Assembly (NCBI GenBank): GCA_963779225.1
Contig: CAVZWW010000001.1
Span: 542,921 to 606,920, forward strand
Reading direction: 5' to 3'
From: an uncultured Bacteroidota bacterium
GTDB taxonomy: Bacteria; Bacteroidota; Ignavibacteria; UBA10030; UBA6906
DNA: 64,000 bases
Shown: in pieces, positions 8,529 through 17,499 of the stretch
Numbering within the stretch: position 1 is the first letter of the stretch
How the letters are laid out: every line of letters starts with the position of its first letter
Position numbers and translations under genes: made by a program
Notes under the pieces: model-generated
What the model was told of the DNA's origin: nothing
The model's database searches: none
The model's input: only the letters and a program-made list of their open reading frames with translations

Positions 8529-9641
8529 ATGCGAACGAGACAACGTGGCGTGTTCCTGGTGGGAGTGTTGCTCCTTGCCGGCACGTGTGCCTGGTCGCTG
8601 CCCCGCTTCGCGGCACAAACCGGGACCAAATGCCAGTCGTGCCATATCAATCCCTCCGGAGGTTCGATGCGCCAGGCTTTCGGCGCACAATACGGTCGCG
8701 AAGAACTTCCCGTACCGGAGTGGTCGCAGGATTTCGAGGTGGAGGATTTTACCACGCTCCTGACAAACTTTCTCGGCGTCGGAGCGGATTTTCGGACGCT
8801 GTATTATGTGCGTGAGATTCCCGACTCTACTGGAGAGAGCTCACGATCGGAGGACACATTCTGGCAAATGCAGGGAGATCTGTATCTCAATTTCCGTGTC
8901 GCAAAGAAGGTCAATCTCTTCCTCAGGAAGGGTCTGTACAGCGGTTTCGAAGCATTTGGTCTCCTCAATATTCTGCCGGCGAACGGGCATGTGAAAATAG
9001 GCAAGTTTGTTCCCAACTACGGCCTCAAGCTGGATGACCACACGGCGTTTATACGCAAGTATACAGGATTCAGCGCGGAGAGCGGGCGTCCGGAACTGAC
9101 GGGACTCGAAATGGGAGTCTCTCCCGGTCCGGCCAGCATTACCGGGGGGGTGTTCAATGCTGAGGACGGGTTTGGCGGAGGCTCCAGCCAGAAAGCGTTT
9201 CTGGGGCGAGCGGAGGGGATCTTCGCTCTCGGCCAGAAGGTGTTTCTCGGCGCCGGAGCGGACATCTTTCATAAAGGAAATGACGACGGCTCAACGCAGA
9301 CCCTTTACGGGGGTTTTGCGTCGTTCGGTGCCGGACAGTTCACGCTCCTTGGCGAAGGGGACTACATCAATGAGAAGCAATCCGGAGTGACCAGCACCGG
9401 TCTGGTGATTTTCGCCGAGGCGTCATATACGGTAACACCCGGGGTGGATCTGAAGGCGTCGTACGACTTCTATGATCCGGATACGGACTACAAAACCGGC
9501 TCTTCCACGCGATACAGCTTCGGATTCGAGTTTTTCCCCATTGCCGGAGTTGAAATACGACCGATGTACCGCATCCTCGTGGAAGAACCGACCAATGCAA
9601 AGAACAATGAATTTCACTTTCTGTTCCACATCTACCTGTGA
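8529..9641 (+). CDS. Cyc2-like fused monoheme cytochrome-porin (outer-membrane beta-barrel with N-terminal CxxCH)
   Basis: Signal peptide MRTRQRGVFLVGVLLLAGTCAWSLPRFAAQ, then CQSCH within about 10 aa of the mature N-terminus, then roughly 330 aa of alternating-hydrophobic beta-strand-like sequence ending YSFGFEFFPIAGVEIRPMYRIL…FHFLFHIYL. RBS gagga. The track ORF starts at 8454 and overlaps the upstream gene. Confidence 0.45.
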   Translation: MRTRQRGVFLVGVLLLAGTCAWSLPRFAAQTGTKCQSCHINPSGGSMRQAFGAQYGREELPVPEWSQDFEVEDFTTLLTNFLGVGADFRTLYYVREIPDSTGESSRSEDTFWQMQGDLYLNFRVAKKVNLFLRKGLYSGFEAFGLLNILPANGHVKIGKFVPNYGLKLDDHTAFIRKYTGFSAESGRPELTGLEMGVSPGPASITGGVFNAEDGFGGGSSQKAFLGRAEGIFALGQKVFLGAGADIFHKGNDDGSTQTLYGGFASFGAGQFTLLGEGDYINEKQSGVTSTGLVIFAEASYTVTPGVDLKASYDFYDPDTDYKTGSSTRYSFGFEFFPIAGVEIRPMYRILVEEPTNAKNNEFHFLFHIYL

Positions 9642-9649
9642 GTCATCAA

Positions 9650-10081
9650 ATGAAGAAAGCGTACGTGATGGTGGTGTTGATCGGTGTGATCCCGTTACTC
9701 CTGAGCGTGACATTCCCCCGCACCGGCGCCCAGGACACGCCTGTTTCCCGGGACACCGCAGTCTCTTACAAGGAACAGGTTACACCGATACTTCAGAAGT
9801 ATTGTCTGCCCTGCCATGCGGAGGAGAGTAATAATCCGAGTGAACTCTCTCTGGATTCCTATGCCCTGTTGAAGAAGGGGGGGAAACACGGGGCGTCGTT
9901 CATAGAAGGCAAACCGGAGGAGAGTCTCCTGGTACAGAAGCTTGCCGATGCTCCGCCGTTCGGAGACAGGATGCCTATGCAGTCACGGCGCAAGAAGACG
10001 CAGACCCCTCCCAGGACGTTGACGGAAGAAGAAGTGAAGGTGCTTGAGGTGTGGATCGTGCAGGGGGGGAAGGACAACTGA
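9650..10081 (+). CDS. Secreted monoheme c-type cytochrome, PSCyt1-like domain (paralog of 7435)
   Basis: Signal peptide MKKAYVMVVLIGVIPLLLSVTFP; CLPCH followed by …LLKKGGKHGASFIEGKPEESLLVQKLADAPPFGDRMPM…VLEVWIVQGG. Confidence 0.55.
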   Translation: MKKAYVMVVLIGVIPLLLSVTFPRTGAQDTPVSRDTAVSYKEQVTPILQKYCLPCHAEESNNPSELSLDSYALLKKGGKHGASFIEGKPEESLLVQKLADAPPFGDRMPMQSRRKKTQTPPRTLTEEEVKVLEVWIVQGGKDN

Positions 10082-10129
10082 AGTGACAGGCCGGGATGCG
10101 TTCCTCCCGGCCGCAGGATTTCAGGCAAC

Positions 10130-13100
10130 ATGAAAAGCTCCGAAGCACCCGACGTTTCTCTCCGGGAATTTCCCTGTTTTGATCTGGTCAGTGCCTCTGC
10201 CGGCTCCGGCAAGACGCATGCGCTCGCGATGCGGTATATCGCCCTGCTGCTTGCCGACGGTGTACCTGCCAATGCCCTCCCGAACATCCTGGCTATTACC
10301 TTCACCAACAACGCGGCCGGCGAGATGCGGCAGCGGATTCTGCTGTTCCTGAAGAAGATTGCTCTCGGCGATCCGGGACTCCTCGCGCAGGTGACCGGCC
10401 TGACGCGGTTATCGTCCGCTGAAGCCCGCCGGCGCTCACATCTCCTGTTAGACCGCATGTTCGAGCAGTTTGCGGAAATGCAGGTACAGACAATCGACAG
10501 TTTCCTGGCCCGGGTATTCAAGGCTGCGGCGCTGGAACTCGGTTTCTCTCCTGATTTTGAAATCCTGCTTGATGCGCGGCCCCTGGTGGACTACACGTTC
10601 GATCTTTTTGCCCGGGACGTTGCCGAAGGGAGTCCGCAATGCCGTGACCTGCTGCGCCTTGCCGCACTGATAGCCGAGGGAAGGCAGTCGCAATCCTTTC
10701 TCTGGGACCCCTACACGACAATCAGGGATGGTGTGGCGCAGCTTATGCAGGGACAGGCGCATGTGGTTGCTCCTCTCGCGTTTCGTGTTGCCGAGCAGGA
10801 TGTCCGCGCGCTGGAACAGCAGCTCATCGGGAGTGCCCGGCGACTGCAGGAGTTGATCACCGGGTACGACCTCCCGGTGACGGCATTGTTTGCGGCCGAT
10901 CTCGAGATTATTCTCACCGGTGAGTGGCGGAAGATGTTGACGCGGAAGCAGCGAACGGGGAACCTTACGAAGAAGGGTTCCGCGGCGCAGCGGGCGGCCC
11001 TGGCCGAACACTCCGGGACGCTGGAAGACGAGGCATCCGTTCTGTACCGTACGTTCATTGCGCTTCTGGAGGCTGAAGCGCGTTTCTATTTTCACCCGTT
11101 TGTTGAGGCCCACACGGCTATCCGCAAGACGCTGAACGACGCAAAACGGCAGACCGGACAATTACTGTTCGAGGATATCAACCGCCACCTTGTGGAGTAT
11201 CTGGCAACGGGTGCCGTGCCGGACATCTATCTTGCACTGGGTGATCGCATCGCACATTATCTGATCGATGAATTCCAGGATACGTCTCCGCTGCAGTGGG
11301 CGGCATTAAGGCCATTGATCGAAAACGCCCTCTCCACAGCGGGCAGCCTCTTTGTGGTCGGTGACACCAAGCAATCGATTTACGGCTTTCGCGGAGGCGA
11401 CTGGCGGATCATGCGTGACCTTGCCCGCGGGCGGGAAGGGTTTGCCTCCGTCGTCCCCCGCGTGATTCCACTGGATACGAACCGTCGGAGCGATGAAAGC
11501 ATTGTACGGTTTGTCTCGGACGTGTTCGGTGCCGTGGCCGAACGCGGCGATAAGGATGCGGCCGCAGCGGTACGGAGCGGCCTGGATGCGTGCTCCCAGG
11601 ACGTGCTGCCCGAGCACCTGCGGAAAGGACATGTCGAGCTGTTCCGTTTCCCGGCCGGTGATGGTCGCGTCCCCGAGCGCGAGGCGCTCCTCCGTCTGAT
11701 TGAAGACCTTCGGCAGCGGGGTCATACGTTTGAAGATATCGCCGTGCTCACGCGCGGCAACGAAGAGGTGTTGCAGATCAGCGGGTGGCTGAACGGCGCG
11801 GGCATTCCGTTTCTCTCGCACAGCAGTCTGGATATCCGGAGTAGGCCCCTGGTTGGTGAACTGCTGGCTCTTCTCCGGTTTCTCGATTCTCCCATCGATA
11901 CGCTGTCGTTCGCCACGGTTCTCTTCGGAAAGGTATTCCGCGCCGCAGCCGTGGCCGCGGACGGCGGACCATCCGAAGCGCGGCTTCAACTCCTGGCCTC
12001 GGGTTGCCGGGCGCCGGAGGCTCCGCCTCTGTACCGGGCATTGCGCGAGACCTTCCCTGCAGTCTGGGAACGACTGTTCGCATCCTTGTTTGGCGGGGTG
12101 GGTCACCTCCCTCTCTACGATCTCGTCTGTGAAGTCTACAAGACCTTTGCGGTGTTCGATCGGTTTCCCGGAGAAGAAAGCGCGCTGGTGAAACTGCTCG
12201 AAGTGGTCAAAGACTTCGAGCAGGAAGGGGAGAACAGTCTGAAGCGTTTCCTTGATTTTGCCACTGAGCGGCCTGGCGAGAATTCCTCGGGGTGGAATAT
12301 CGATCCTCCGTCGGGAGGAGCCGTGACGTTGATGACCATCCACAAATCCAAAGGGATGCAGTTCCCGGTGGTGCTTCTCGTGCTCTATGATCGCCGGCCG
12401 AAGTCCACCACGCGTTTTGTTGACGGGCATGAGGGAGGCGTCGAACTCGTCCACATCACCAGAGCCCATACACTGTGGAGCCCTTCCCTCGAACAACTCC
12501 GGGGGCTGGTGGAAGGGCGGCAGCTGACCGATGGCATGAACACGTTGTACGTGGCGCTGACCAGGGCGGAGCGGGAGCTGTATCTTTTCTCGGTCTGTGA
12601 TCCGGAAGGGAGACTGTTTCCCGGGCGGGTGCTTCCCGGGGCCTTTGCCGGCGAAAATCCGCGTCCGGCTGCTGCTGCCACACGAGCACCCGGGAACCGC
12701 CCGCGGCTCGTGCCCCTGCACGAGACCTGCAGAGTTGCCCCCGCACCGGTGGCGGCATGGCACATCGGGCATTGGGCGACGAGGCGTGGCGAATATATCC
12801 ATCTCCTTCTGGCGCGGATGCTCTCGATGGACGATCCGGCCGTGACCGTGTCCCGTGCCGTAGCTGCGATACCTGCCCCGCCGCGGGACCGGGAAGAGGT
12901 GTCCGCTGTGCTCACGACCTTTCTCACCGGAAGCGGCATCCTCCCGTATTTTGTCCGGAGGCCGGAACGCCGGATTCTGGTCGAGCAGGAGTGCGTCGGT
13001 CCCGACGGTGCGCTCTGGCGCATGGATCGTCTGGTTGTTGATCCCGCCGAAGTGACCGTCATCGATTTCAAAACCGGCGGCGAAGAACGCGAAGAGGAGT

Positions 13101-13213
13101 ACCGCGAGCAGGTGCGCCGGTACATGCAACTTGCCGGCGATCTTTTTCCGGGTCGCCGGACGCATGGGGTGATTGCCTACGTCGACCTCAACATGCTCAG
13201 GAGGGTAACGTGA
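10130..13213 (+). CDS. addA: AddA/RexA-type ATP-dependent helicase-nuclease subunit (UvrD-like helicase plus C-terminal PD-(D/E)xK nuclease)
   Basis: 1027 aa; Walker A SASAGSGKTHALAMRY, UvrD motifs (DEFQDTSPLQW, VVGDTKQSIYGFRGGD, MTIHKSKGMQFPVV); C-terminal nuclease core VIDFKTGG…YREQVRRY. Confidence 0.8.
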   Translation: MKSSEAPDVSLREFPCFDLVSASAGSGKTHALAMRYIALLLADGVPANALPNILAITFTNNAAGEMRQRILLFLKKIALGDPGLLAQVTGLTRLSSAEARRRSHLLLDRMFEQFAEMQVQTIDSFLARVFKAAALELGFSPDFEILLDARPLVDYTFDLFARDVAEGSPQCRDLLRLAALIAEGRQSQSFLWDPYTTIRDGVAQLMQGQAHVVAPLAFRVAEQDVRALEQQLIGSARRLQELITGYDLPVTALFAADLEIILTGEWRKMLTRKQRTGNLTKKGSAAQRAALAEHSGTLEDEASVLYRTFIALLEAEARFYFHPFVEAHTAIRKTLNDAKRQTGQLLFEDINRHLVEYLATGAVPDIYLALGDRIAHYLIDEFQDTSPLQWAALRPLIENALSTAGSLFVVGDTKQSIYGFRGGDWRIMRDLARGREGFASVVPRVIPLDTNRRSDESIVRFVSDVFGAVAERGDKDAAAAVRSGLDACSQDVLPEHLRKGHVELFRFPAGDGRVPEREALLRLIEDLRQRGHTFEDIAVLTRGNEEVLQISGWLNGAGIPFLSHSSLDIRSRPLVGELLALLRFLDSPIDTLSFATVLFGKVFRAAAVAADGGPSEARLQLLASGCRAPEAPPLYRALRETFPAVWERLFASLFGGVGHLPLYDLVCEVYKTFAVFDRFPGEESALVKLLEVVKDFEQEGENSLKRFLDFATERPGENSSGWNIDPPSGGAVTLMTIHKSKGMQFPVVLLVLYDRRPKSTTRFVDGHEGGVELVHITRAHTLWSPSLEQLRGLVEGRQLTDGMNTLYVALTRAERELYLFSVCDPEGRLFPGRVLPGAFAGENPRPAAAATRAPGNRPRLVPLHETCRVAPAPVAAWHIGHWATRRGEYIHLLLARMLSMDDPAVTVSRAVAAIPAPPRDREEVSAVLTTFLTGSGILPYFVRRPERRILVEQECVGPDGALWRMDRLVVDPAEVTVIDFKTGGEEREEEYREQVRRYMQLAGDLFPGRRTHGVIAYVDLNMLRRVT

Positions 13214-16047
13214 GTCACATCCACGTTCTCTCCCCCGGCGAAGATCTGATCCGGTGTGTACTCGAGAAATTGCCTGTGGATTCTGCGGAGCTCCCACGGA
13301 CGCTCTGCGTGTTTTCCGGTAAACGTCCCGCCTTTTTCCTGCGAAAGGCTCTTGCGGAACGCCTGGGAAGAAGTTTCCTTCCCCCGGCATTCATGACCAT
13401 GGAATCGCTCGTCGATATGATGTACCGCGATGAGCTGGGGCGCAGGGATGTCGAAGTGGGTGAGTTGGACGCGCTGGCACTACTCTTTGCCATGCACCGC
13501 GCCGCGCAGACGCGTTTCGGTGCCGGGCAGCTTGACACCCTTGAGGCTTTTCTGCCGCTCGGCAGGCGGCTCTTTGCGGCGCTCGAAGAACTCCACGTCG
13601 GGGAGATCACCGTTTCCCGTCTCAGGGAAATCAGCGGAAATGTGCAATTCGACAGCGGCGCCATGCTTGCCGGCTTCTACGAGGAGTTCTATGCCCGCCT
13701 GCAGGCGGAGGGTGCATGCACGGCCGCAATGAAACTGAGCATGTGCGCAGCACAGGCTGATGAACTTCATATCCCTTCGGCCTCACGCGTAATCCTGGCC
13801 GGGCTGTACGCCTTCTCCGCGACCGGGCGCGTCATTGTCCGGCGTCTCCTCCGGCTTGACAAAACATATTTCGTGATCCATGACGGACCGGGGGTTTCCG
13901 GGCGTCTCCGGGAGATCGGAATCGACCATGCGCCGTCACCGCCGGTTTCCCGGTCAAGCGCAATCCATCTGTATCGCGCAGCGGACACGCATGGCGAGGT
14001 CCTGGGTCTCGCACGGGTGATCGATACGCTGCGGCGTGATGGAAACGCCCCGGACGAGCGCACGGTACTTGTGCTGCCTTCCGCCGATGCGCTATTTCCG
14101 GTCGTGCAGTGGATCCTGCCGCGGATTCCTGACCACAACATCTCGCTGGGGTATCCTGCAAGGCGAACGCCGGTGTTCGGGTTCCTGACGGGGGTCTTTC
14201 AAGCGATGCGTTCCATGGCGGACGGCAACGTCTACGCGCCGGACTATCTGCGCTGTGTGCTGCATCCGTATGTGAAGAATATCCGGTGGGGGGAGGCGGA
14301 AGGGGCAACGCGGATTCTCTTTCACACCATCGAGGAGTTTCTTGCAGAAGAAGGTGCCTGGACCTTTTTCTCCCTCGACGATCTGGAGTCCTTCCCGGGA
14401 CTTCTGGAACGCTGTGCCGGGGCAGTTCACGCGGCCGGTCTTGATGTCCGTCCGGCGGATATCCGGGCGCATCTGACAGGAATTCACGATGCGATACTCC
14501 GGCGCTTCGCCGGGACGGAAAATCTGGGGGATGCGGCACGTCGCACGATTGATATGCTGATGTTCATCGCCGACACCAGTCCCGCCCACCGTCACGGATT
14601 ATTCCGTCAGTTTGTGGTGGAGATCATTGGCGGGCTTGACCGCATTGCCACGTCGCGCCTGGCGGATGTGCGCGCTGCCGGAGCCGCCGGATACGCCCTG
14701 TTGCTCCGGACGCTGATGGAGGAGACGGTTGTCCCGTTCAGCGGGACGCCGCTGAGCGGCATGCAGATTCTGGGTCCGCTGGAAACCCGGAACCTCCAAT
14801 TCGACCGTGTCTGCATGCTGGATGTAAATGAGGATCTGCTCCCCGGCGGGGGGGATGTGGATCCGCTGCTTCCGCCGCAGGTGAGGACGCTCCTGGGTAT
14901 GCCGGGGCGGCGGGAGCACGAGGAGGAAACAGCGTATCAGTTCTTTACATTGCTGGCGGGGGCACGCGAGGCGCACCTTTTTTACCGGGAAGGGGGAAAG
15001 AAAGAAAAGAGCCGGTTCATCGAACAACTGCTCTGGGAGCGTCAGAGATCCCGGGGGAGTGTTGATGACCAGCAGGATGTGTCCATCGTGGAACTTGCCG
15101 TGGATCTGGCTCCCGGTCTTCCGCACTCCATAGCCAAGACGCCGGAGCTCCAATCGGTGCTGAGGGGGTTGACCTTTAGCGCCACATCACTGGATACCTA
15201 TCTCCGGTGTCCGCTCCGATTCTATTACGGACACGTTCTCGGGCTATCAGAACGGGAAGATGTGGAAGGAGAGATCGACAGGGCTTCCATCGGGATATTT
15301 GTCCATCACGTGCTGGCGGAGTTTTTCCGCGGGACAGAAGGAACACCGTTGACGGAATCGTCGCTGGACGCCGGGCGCCTCGACCGGCTGATTGTCACCC
15401 ATTTTGAACGGTCGTTCGGCAGGGATCAGAGGGGTCCGCGTCTTCTCACCCGCCTGCAGATACAGACGCATCTGAGAGAATTCCTGACGGCGTATCGTCT
15501 GCCGCTGGTTGGTGCCGTGCCTGTTGTGGTGCTGGCAGTGGAGAAGTCGATGAAGGTGGAAATCGGCGGATTCCGTTTCAGGGGGAAGGCTGACCATATC
15601 GAACGGCGGGGCGAGCGGACGTTCATTCTGGATTATAAAACCGGGAGCAAGCCGGAGCGTTACGCGATTCGTTTTGACGCATTGGATCCTTCCGATCGCA
15701 CCACGTGGCCGGGTGCGATCGGTTCGCTGCAGCTTCCGTTGTATGCGTTGCTGTACTCAGGGACGACCGGTGAACCGGCAGACCTTATCCGTCCCGCGTA
15801 TGTGATGTTGGGGACGGACGCCATCTCGTCGGATATTGAGTATCCATTGTTCGGCGACAAGGACGATCCTGTGAAGTGTCTCGCCGCCATAACGTCGGTA
15901 ATCCTCAAGCTCGTGCGGGAGATCGAGGATGCTTCTGTGGATTTTGTCCCCGCTTCAGATCTCCGGAAGGAATGTCCGAACTGCCAGTTTCAGGGATTAT
16001 GTGGAACGATGTGGACCGGCGGGAGGGACAGCGTGAGGGGGGAATAG
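13210..16047 (+). CDS. addB: AddB/RexB-type helicase-nuclease subunit with C-terminal Fe-S-cluster nuclease domain
   Basis: GTG start overlapping the addA stop (GTGA). 945 aa; no canonical Walker A (inactive helicase-like N-terminus, typical of AddB). C-terminal RecB-type nuclease ILDYKTG flanked by four Cys (YLRCPLRF … ECPNCQFQGLC) matching the AddB [4Fe-4S] staple. Confidence 0.75.
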   Translation: MSHIHVLSPGEDLIRCVLEKLPVDSAELPRTLCVFSGKRPAFFLRKALAERLGRSFLPPAFMTMESLVDMMYRDELGRRDVEVGELDALALLFAMHRAAQTRFGAGQLDTLEAFLPLGRRLFAALEELHVGEITVSRLREISGNVQFDSGAMLAGFYEEFYARLQAEGACTAAMKLSMCAAQADELHIPSASRVILAGLYAFSATGRVIVRRLLRLDKTYFVIHDGPGVSGRLREIGIDHAPSPPVSRSSAIHLYRAADTHGEVLGLARVIDTLRRDGNAPDERTVLVLPSADALFPVVQWILPRIPDHNISLGYPARRTPVFGFLTGVFQAMRSMADGNVYAPDYLRCVLHPYVKNIRWGEAEGATRILFHTIEEFLAEEGAWTFFSLDDLESFPGLLERCAGAVHAAGLDVRPADIRAHLTGIHDAILRRFAGTENLGDAARRTIDMLMFIADTSPAHRHGLFRQFVVEIIGGLDRIATSRLADVRAAGAAGYALLLRTLMEETVVPFSGTPLSGMQILGPLETRNLQFDRVCMLDVNEDLLPGGGDVDPLLPPQVRTLLGMPGRREHEEETAYQFFTLLAGAREAHLFYREGGKKEKSRFIEQLLWERQRSRGSVDDQQDVSIVELAVDLAPGLPHSIAKTPELQSVLRGLTFSATSLDTYLRCPLRFYYGHVLGLSEREDVEGEIDRASIGIFVHHVLAEFFRGTEGTPLTESSLDAGRLDRLIVTHFERSFGRDQRGPRLLTRLQIQTHLREFLTAYRLPLVGAVPVVVLAVEKSMKVEIGGFRFRGKADHIERRGERTFILDYKTGSKPERYAIRFDALDPSDRTTWPGAIGSLQLPLYALLYSGTTGEPADLIRPAYVMLGTDAISSDIEYPLFGDKDDPVKCLAAITSVILKLVREIEDASVDFVPASDLRKECPNCQFQGLCGTMWTGGRDSVRGE

Positions 16048-16083
16048 GGTGGGTATGAACTTACAATCCTCAAAAGAAATAAC

Positions 16084-16112
16084 TTGACAATAACCACCCA
16101 TCTCACTATAAT
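16084..16112 (+). promoter_or_regulatory. Perfect sigma70-consensus promoter (TTGACA-17-TATAAT)
   Basis: ttgaca ataaccacccatctcac tataat read directly; 17-nt spacer; immediately overlapped at its 3' end by LacI-type operator O1. Confidence 0.55.
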
Positions 16113-16178
16113 GTAAACGGTTACATAGGATGTTATTGGAGAGTCGATTTTTTTTTCCTTCGGATGTAAGCGTTTACA
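16112..16178 (+). promoter_or_regulatory. Two LacI-family palindromic operators, O1 TGTAAACGGTTACA (16112-16125) and O2 TGTAAGCGTTTACA (16165-16178)
   Basis: Both are 14-bp near-perfect palindromes of half-site TGTAAAC, the classic LacI/CcpA-type CG-centred operator shape, spaced about 53 bp apart, directly upstream of the LacI-family regulator gene. Confidence 0.5.
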
Positions 16179-16357
16179 TTAAATCATTTCCAACTTCGCG
16201 TCCCTTTTTCCGGGTTACCGTTTCAGCGTAGCCTTTCCAAGAGAGCAACTATGAGTCATTCGGTGAGGTTAGCTGTCTCTGCGTTTACCATGTCTGTATT
16301 GATGGTACACCCACGAATCGCACACGCGTGGAACGTCTTTGCGTGTGCAGGTCCGCG

Positions 16358-17374
16358 ATGAGCACCACGATCAAAGAGGTTGCGATCCGTGCCGGCGTTT
16401 CCATTGCCACCGTCTCCCGTGTGTTGAACAACGTGGATCCCGTGGACGAGCGGACACGCAAGCACGTGCAAGAAGTCGCACGGGAGATGCGGTATGTCCC
16501 GAATGCGATGGGGCGCAGTCTCAGTCGACGGAAGACGGAGGGGATCGGGCTGTTGTTGCCTGACCTGTTCGGCGAATTTTTCTCCGAGGTGCTGAGGGGG
16601 TGCGACCAAACCGCCCAGCAGTCCAACTATCATATGGTTGTGTCGAGTTCGCACAACAACAAGAAACAGACGCGTGCGGCTTTGCAGATGATGCGCGGGC
16701 GAGTCGATGGCCTCGTCATCATGTCGCCGCACATTGATGCAGAAACCCTGAATGAGAACCTCCCCCAGTCCCTTCCGGTGGTGCTGCTCAACTGCTACGT
16801 GCAATCGCATGATTTTGACGCGTTGAACATCGACAACTTCGCGGGCGCATTTGCTATGACGCAGCACCTCCTCTCGCACGGGCACAGGCGTATTGCCATT
16901 ATCACGGGGACCGAGCGAAACTTCGACGCCTCCGAGCGGCTCCGGGGATATGTTGACGCGCTTAAGGAACATGGCGTGCCGCTTGATGAACGTCTCCAGG
17001 CGCCGGGGGATTTTTCTGAATCCGGCGGGTATCATGCCGCCCAGCAATTGCTTACCCTCGCACCACGACCGACAGCGATCTTCGGCTGCAACGACTCCAT
17101 GGCGATTGGGGCGTTGAGTGCATTGCGTGATGCCGGCATCCAGGTGCCTGAACAGATGGCCCTCGCCGGCTTCGACGATGTCCCGATTGCGGCGTATCTC
17201 ACGCCGGCGCTCACATCCGTTACGGTAGGGATCCACAGTCTTGGTGTACGGGCGATCGAAACCCTGTTACACGCAGTGCGTCACCAGAACACGCATCACA
17301 AGCAGCAGATCTTGCTCCCGACGTCCCCGAGTCTCCGGGAATCATGTGGTTGTCATCAAGAATCGGGCAGATAG
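16358..17374 (+). CDS. LacI-family transcriptional regulator
   Basis: N-terminal HTH MSTTIKEVAIRAGVSIATVSRVLNN; periplasmic-binding-protein-like sugar-binding core. The track ORF begins at 16328; the antisense 16256-17236 ORF is spurious. Confidence 0.85.
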   Translation: MSTTIKEVAIRAGVSIATVSRVLNNVDPVDERTRKHVQEVAREMRYVPNAMGRSLSRRKTEGIGLLLPDLFGEFFSEVLRGCDQTAQQSNYHMVVSSSHNNKKQTRAALQMMRGRVDGLVIMSPHIDAETLNENLPQSLPVVLLNCYVQSHDFDALNIDNFAGAFAMTQHLLSHGHRRIAIITGTERNFDASERLRGYVDALKEHGVPLDERLQAPGDFSESGGYHAAQQLLTLAPRPTAIFGCNDSMAIGALSALRDAGIQVPEQMALAGFDDVPIAAYLTPALTSVTVGIHSLGVRAIETLLHAVRHQNTHHKQQILLPTSPSLRESCGCHQESGR

Positions 17375-17499
17375 CCCATTACCAACGCGGAGGTGATAAT
17401 TCGGTACTCAAAGTTACAGTGATATCCAACACCCAACATCCAACATCGTTGTATCCTAAACCACCTGTTCCTTCACACATCACCAGCAGAGAGGTGCAT

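Noticed and set aside
11306-13390. 694-aa minus-strand ORF; similar long antisense ORFs at 16256-17236, 34679-35980, 36778-38418 and 54447-56588
   Set aside because: Each lies antisense to a well-supported gene (addA, lacI-family, GH-like, GH2, aspartase) in GC-rich DNA where stop codons are rare. Their translations are low-complexity (Arg/Pro/Gly-rich) with no motifs, so they are treated as spurious.
16148-16156. T9 run (gatttttttttcc) between the two LacI operators
   Set aside because: No preceding GC hairpin, so it is not a terminator. It is probably just spacer/AT-rich bendable DNA between operators.
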